A stretch of DNA of 63,058 nucleotides, the filler included, from Aduncisulcus paluster (taxonomy: Eukaryota), in assembly GCA_024181965.1 (NCBI GenBank). It is 11 parts of 11 records of this genome, joined end to end, with 100 filler letters (N's around TTAATTAATTAA, not from the genome) between each part and the next. Parts side by side here need not be neighbours in the genome. Positions count along the whole stretch, not along the records: positions 58,004 to 63,058 come from BQXS01011411.1; 10 more parts are not named here. One strand, 5' to 3'. Of the stretch, positions 58,004-63,058 are shown piece by piece. Made by a program: the position numbers and the translations under genes. Within the stretch, counting starts at the first letter, position 1. The number at the start of each line of letters is the position of its first letter. Under the pieces are notes generated by a model. The model was not told the DNA's origin. It saw only the letters and a list, made by a program, of their open reading frames with translations, and ran no database searches.

Positions 58004-59651
58004 GTTCAGAAAGCCTGTGAGAAAGTTCAGTCCATCAAACGTTTACTTCCAAAGATTGGAGAAGGGTGGAAATGTCCATCCATTGATGATATTGTGAAGG
58101 CTCAGCTTGCCAAGCATAAAGGTGATACTGGAAGCATTGTTGATGAAGATTCGATTCCAATCTGGGTGTATTGTTGAAGGTGAAGAAGATGAGGATTCGA
58201 TCATTGGTTCAATTCCAAGTGTTGTGCTTCCAAAAGGATGGGGTGATGGTTTGAGTCGTTCAGAGGAAGAACCTGAAAAGCAAGAAGTTGAAAGAAGGAA
58301 ATTGGAGGAAAAGAAGAGGAAGAGAGAAAAACTCGAAAAGACGGAAACAGAAAGAAGAAGGAAACTGGAGGAAGAGATGAAAATGAGGGAGTTTAAAGAT
58401 ATAGCAGCAGCCTTGACTATTACTCCCAATCCTCAGATTTTGACATCTGATTCTGACATAACTCCACTTTGTATCATTGGAAGTGGTGGATTTGGTGATG
58501 TTATCCTTGCTCGTATTGATTATCCTGAGTCATCTTCACCTTCTATCTTGTGTGCTCTGAAATGCATGAAGGTCACAAAAGAGTATGAAGGAAAGGATAC
58601 GACTGTACAACTTATGAAGCGAAATTTCTCTCTACAGTGCCGATGGTATTCTTCCAACCCTTTGCTACAAAGCGGTATCCCACGGCCTCTGCATATGCTT
58701 GATTTCCTCGATGATGATCTGAAAGGAACGTTCGGGATGGCGATGGAGTTCTGTCAAGGTGGGAATGTGATTGAATTTGCCAAAAGCTGGGCTGTTGATC
58801 TCGAAGAATGTGATCCTTGTGATCCTGATGAAGACGACCTTGTGTATGATCCTGTGAAGATCGCTGCTCTGTGTGTGGCTATCATCGAGTGTGTTGCTGA
58901 TATCTTTTCTGTGAAGAAACGATTTATTCATCGCGACATTAAACCCGATAACTTCCTTGTTCGGTATGATGTTTCCACAGATAAATGTCATGTTCTTCTT
59001 GGAGATTTGGGTTGTATTCAGATCCGCGATATTGAGGAAGATTTAGAAGGCTTTGAGATCCGCGACTCTATGTTTCTTGATTCATGGGATGAGGAAGACT
59101 TATCTAGTTCAAAAAAAGTTTTCCCTTACTGTAAACCTTCGATTGTGGGCACCTTATGTTATACTGCCCCAGAGAGTCTTAAAAGTGGGTTTTACTGCCA
59201 ACGCAGTGATGCATGGGGAGTTATTCTGACCATATGGTCTCTCTTCAATAGGATGCGACAGCCTTTCATGTTACATCCAATGATTCATAGTATTCCATAT
59301 TCTTCTGACTATTTTTCAAATCTATGTTCAAGGCTGAGAGAGTTGATTGCTGGTGGTGAATGCCTCCCACAACTGAAAGATAGTGAGATCTTCTGTTCCC
59401 TTGAGACGATGGAAGATGGGAAATACAAAAAAGTGTATCAAGTGTTTCTTGCCGTGTTCGATGGTCTGTTGAGCCCTGACCGTCTGAAACGAATGACAAT
59501 CCATCAAGCCCGCTCTCTGACGGATGAGATCAAGCATTTACTTCCTCGTATTGGAGAAGGGTGGGAATGTCCATCCATCGAGGAGTACATTGCCCGTCAG
59601 CTTGAAGAGTATGATGGGTGTACAGGGACAATCCATTGCGGGGGAAAATAA
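58004..59651 (+). CDS. Ser/Thr protein kinase preceded by the C-terminal tail of a paralogous kinase domain
   Basis: IGSGGFG, ALK, HRDIKPDN, DLG, GTLCYTAPE, DAWGV. 58004-58177 encodes LLPKIGEGWKCPSIDDIVKAQL, homologous to this kinase's own tail LLPRIGEGWECPSIEEYIARQL. Confidence 0.88.
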
Positions 59652-59955
59652 GGTGTTGTTAAATTTTATAATCGCTGGTGAAATGTAATCTAAGACCAGT
59701 TCCCAAAATTTCACACTTTAACTATCCTGCTGAAATCTCATTCAACAGCTCAAATATAGTATATTCAATACGACGTATTGAATACGTATTGTATGGTTTA
59801 TTCCTAGTAATTTCTCAGTGGGATTAAAAGAACTGATCAACTCTCTATCTTAATATCATTTGGCAGTTTGGTTTCACCAAGTTCTTGACTCTTTTCTTTG
59901 CTCATAGACAACTGACTCGATTTTTATGATTAATCATAACATATTGTAACATAAT

Positions 59956-62900
59956 TTACAATAAATCCCATTCAAACCCTTCTTTTTCAGAGCTTTCTTC
60001 GTCTTTGAGATCGAATTGATACCTGCAAATATCTAATTGGTGGTTTGATATTGTATGCATTCCGCATGAAAAAAAGTCAGGATTTGAACTATTATTGAAA
60101 ATAACAGGAACAGTTGAACCCATTCCTCGGAACAGATCTTGTCTATCGGTCAAAATGATTGAGGGATATTCTGGTAGACTGGACAAGGCTGGAGAACAAC
60201 ACAACGATGAAGAGTTAATCAAACTACTTGTCAGATTCGAATCGGAAGGCTGACTTGCTCCGGATGCACTCCTAGAACTAGAGGAGGTCGAAGTGCCAGC
60301 GATAGAAGAAGCTGAAGCTTTTGATCCGTGTCCTGTTTCAGAGGTTGAAGTGGCACAAACAGGAGCAACGGAAGAAGAAGAAGAAGAAGAAGAAGAAGAA
60401 GAAGAAGAAGAAGAAGGATTAAGTTTGGAATTGGCAGTTTGGGTGCATGAAATAATTGAGGATTTAAACGTTTGTTTCTGTAACAGTTTGTCAGATTCAT
60501 TGAGCTTTCCTCTGCGTTTGATCTCACTAATGACGCATTTGCACTTCAAATCTCCTTGGAAAAGGGAACATAAGTACGATGGTTCAATGGTATTGGAAGT
60601 CAATGAAGGATGATTTGGACAATATAATGACGGACTTCCAGTGACATCACTTCCAGACAATTGGGAATGCTCCCTCTCTCCTCTCCGCTCTTCTCTCTTT
60701 CTCCGCTCTTCTCTCTTCCTCTTCTCTTCTCGTTTCCTCTTCTCTTCTCGTTTCCCGTGATGATGAGTGCCCGAAGTCTCCGGCGATATCTCTGATGACC
60801 CGTATGATGCAAAGTACATACCACTGTGAATAGGGCAGATTGCAACAGGAGGACGAACAAGTCCCAAGTCAATACAATCTCTTTTAATGGCAGTCAGATC
60901 AGCAATATCTTCATTTGAAATAATATTCCTCTTAGGGTGACATCCTTTCCCTTTCGCACGGGCCATACTCACAATATCTATATAATCGTCAGTGAAATGT
61001 CCATAGATTCGATATGACCTCTGTAAACAGTGTGGATGATGGGGAACAGGGAGGAAAAGATTGTTGATAGGTTCAATTATCTCTCCAGGCTTGGCAAAGG
61101 AATTATCATCCAACAATAGACCACTGATATCTGTTGTTATTCGTTGGNNNNNNNNNNNNNNNNNNNNGGAGGACGAACAAGTCCCAAGTCAATACAATCT
61201 CTTTTAATGGCAGTCAGATCAGCAATATCTTCATTTGAAATAATATTCCTCTTAGGGTGACATCCTTTCCCTTTCGCACGGGCCATACTCACAATATCTA
61301 TATAATCGTCAGTGAAATGTCCATAGATTCGATATGACCTCTGTAAACAGTGTGGATGATGGGGAACAGGGAGGAAAAGATTGTTGATAGGTTCAATTAT
61401 CTCTCCAGGCTTGGCAAAGGAATTATCATCCAACAATAGACCACTGATATCTGTTGTTATTCGTTGGTACATTGTACTTTGCTGATCGGTCTCATCTCTC
61501 GTATTATATCCTTTCTTAATCATTGAAGAAGAAGAGGAAGAGGAAGAGGAAGAGGAAGAAGTTACTTGTTTCTTCTTGGGGAATAGAGTCTCATTCGAAG
61601 AATCTGACAATAGATCACTAGACTCATCATGGTCTTCGATTTCATGTCCAGCAGAGGAAATAGGGCGAAGAAGCATATGAAACTCATTGGAAAGATCGTC
61701 AGAATCAGTGGCATTGGCTCCCTGGTGGATATCTTCTTCCTCAGCAGAGTCAGGGTTCAGTTCACGATCTTCTTGGTTTTGTCGAATAATTTCATTATAA
61801 TTGGCATAAAAATAATCGAAACGATCATAAAATTCCTCAATTTCACCTTTAGCAAGCGTATCTTCTGTTTTTTTCTCTATCTGATCCCAGACTTTTCCTT
61901 GGGCATCTCTAATATATACATATATATATACACGCAGGGTGAAATGAAGAAAATAAATATAAATATAACATAAAAATAAACATATCATAATAATAATAAT
62001 ATTATTAATAATAATAATAAAAAACAAAACATACATATGGAATCCAATGATATCTTTTATGCCAACTCCTTGGATAGGGGAAGGTTTGATGGTCCTCAGA
62101 GCAATATGATCAACTCCACTTACAAAGTTAATATCTTTGAGCTTACCTCTTCTTTTCTTTTCATTCCTGATATCCGATTCAGAAACATCTTTTCGAGCAG
62201 ATCGTTTTAACTCTTTTCCATACTCTTCAATTAACCTCATCATTCCTTCCTCTTTCGTCACATTTCGTTTCTTTCCAAGTCTTTTACGGTTTTCCCTTCT
62301 AAGTCTCTCCCTTTCAAGTAGCTTTTCAATTTGTTTTTTTCTTTCCTCTTCTCGGTGTTCGAGAACACACCGTTTCCAAAAATATTTGGAAGCCTTTTCA
62401 CGTAGCTTTGAGTTAGTTGCGTTTTCCTCCAATAAAATCTCTTCCCACGTCTTTTCGGGTTCTTGCAGACCTTCTTCTCTCTTCTTCCGCTTGCTCCTAG
62501 TCTCACCAGAACTGCCACCTCGAACTGACTGATGTCTTGGATGCCCATGCAAGGTTGCTGTATGTGCTCGGTGTTGTCCATGGATTGTTGGAATGTATCT
62601 ATCGCTATCTTCTTCCACAGATTGAGCAGCTAAACGAGAACTCCTACGACGGGGAGAGCCATCCTCATAAATATCTGAAGCAGCCTCAACCATTGGAGAA
62701 TCGGGAGCTTTCTCTCCGTGATGACCGAGAGGTTGTTTATCTCCGACGTCTGCTCTTGTGACTCTAGGTGACAAAGCATCATGGACAACAGTTGAGGTTG
62801 CAGAAGAGGATGTACGGGCTGTCTTGTTATGGGTTGAAGTATTAGACTCTCTATATCTACCTGGGGGAATATACATATCTTCTTCTTCTTCCTCTCTTTT

Positions 62901-63058
62901 TTGATATCTATTTATAGTTTCTTGAGAATGTTGTTGTTTAGTAGGTTCGAGGGAAGATCCATGGTGATAATGTCGTCCTTGCTCTTGCTGAATGTGTGGG
63001 TCAGCAGTGGATAATCCATCGATGTAACCAGTTTGTGGGTGTGATTGGTCGTCCACAG
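59956..63058 (-). CDS. Large hypothetical protein, 5'-partial; intron 61909-62034; split by a gap duplication
   Basis: ORFs 61137..63056 and 59956..61116 merge across the gap; AT-rich 126-nt gtatgt...attag intron read through in frame; scattered Cys/His pairs (HPHC, CPIH, CPNH). Confidence 0.75.
60848..61467. repeat. 300-bp direct duplication flanking a 20-N gap
   Basis: 60848-61147 matches 61168-61467. Confidence 0.9.

Noticed and set aside
6060..61467. Five 190-300 bp direct repeats inside genes as real tandem duplications
   Set aside because: Each brackets exactly 20 Ns and removal restores one ORF; they are unmerged contig overlaps.
1..63058. Stop-codon reassignment (hexamitid-type TAA/TAG=Gln) or selenocysteine read-through
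   Set aside because: Long ORFs have no in-frame stops, and TAA, TAG and TGA each terminate genes; the ORF breaks are frame changes.

Overview
This is a eukaryotic draft-genome window, not a prokaryotic one. Eleven unlinked scaffolds are joined by artificial 100-nt linkers (N44-TTAATTAATTAA-N44), and five internal 20-N gaps have duplicated flanks. The DNA is gene-dense with AT-rich spacers, short GTATGT...AG introns and the standard code (TAA, TAG and TGA all end genes). Flagellar genes (IFT70/TTC30, CEP164-like, an RIIa-domain protein) indicate a flagellated protist. The expanded LRR, kinase and 'GPYPVGHPD' families remind me of free-living fornicates such as Aduncisulcus, but that is inference only. 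Recognisable genes are a long-chain acyl-CoA synthetase, an RBM34/Nop12-like RRM protein, an MBL-fold hydrolase, a CDIN1-like protein, a bacterial-type SMI1/KNR4 fragment, a ThiF/Uba4-like E1, an S41 peptidase, prefoldin 5, IFT70, a PHD-finger protein, DIS3L2, HSP70, RPS10, CEP164-like, two LRR surface proteins and a kinase. Two window-wide patterns are not explained by these genes. (1) At least 14 perfect palindromes with a single-base spacer (7-11 bp arms, several nested A-A'-A) lie in intergenic DNA, resembling hairpin-repair or DNA-transposon excision footprints; a candidate MITE is also present. (2) Seven coding discontinuities all need a +1 shift, mostly next to GAA tracts and one at AAA-TAA; an assembly artefact is the more likely cause, but programmed recoding is not excluded.
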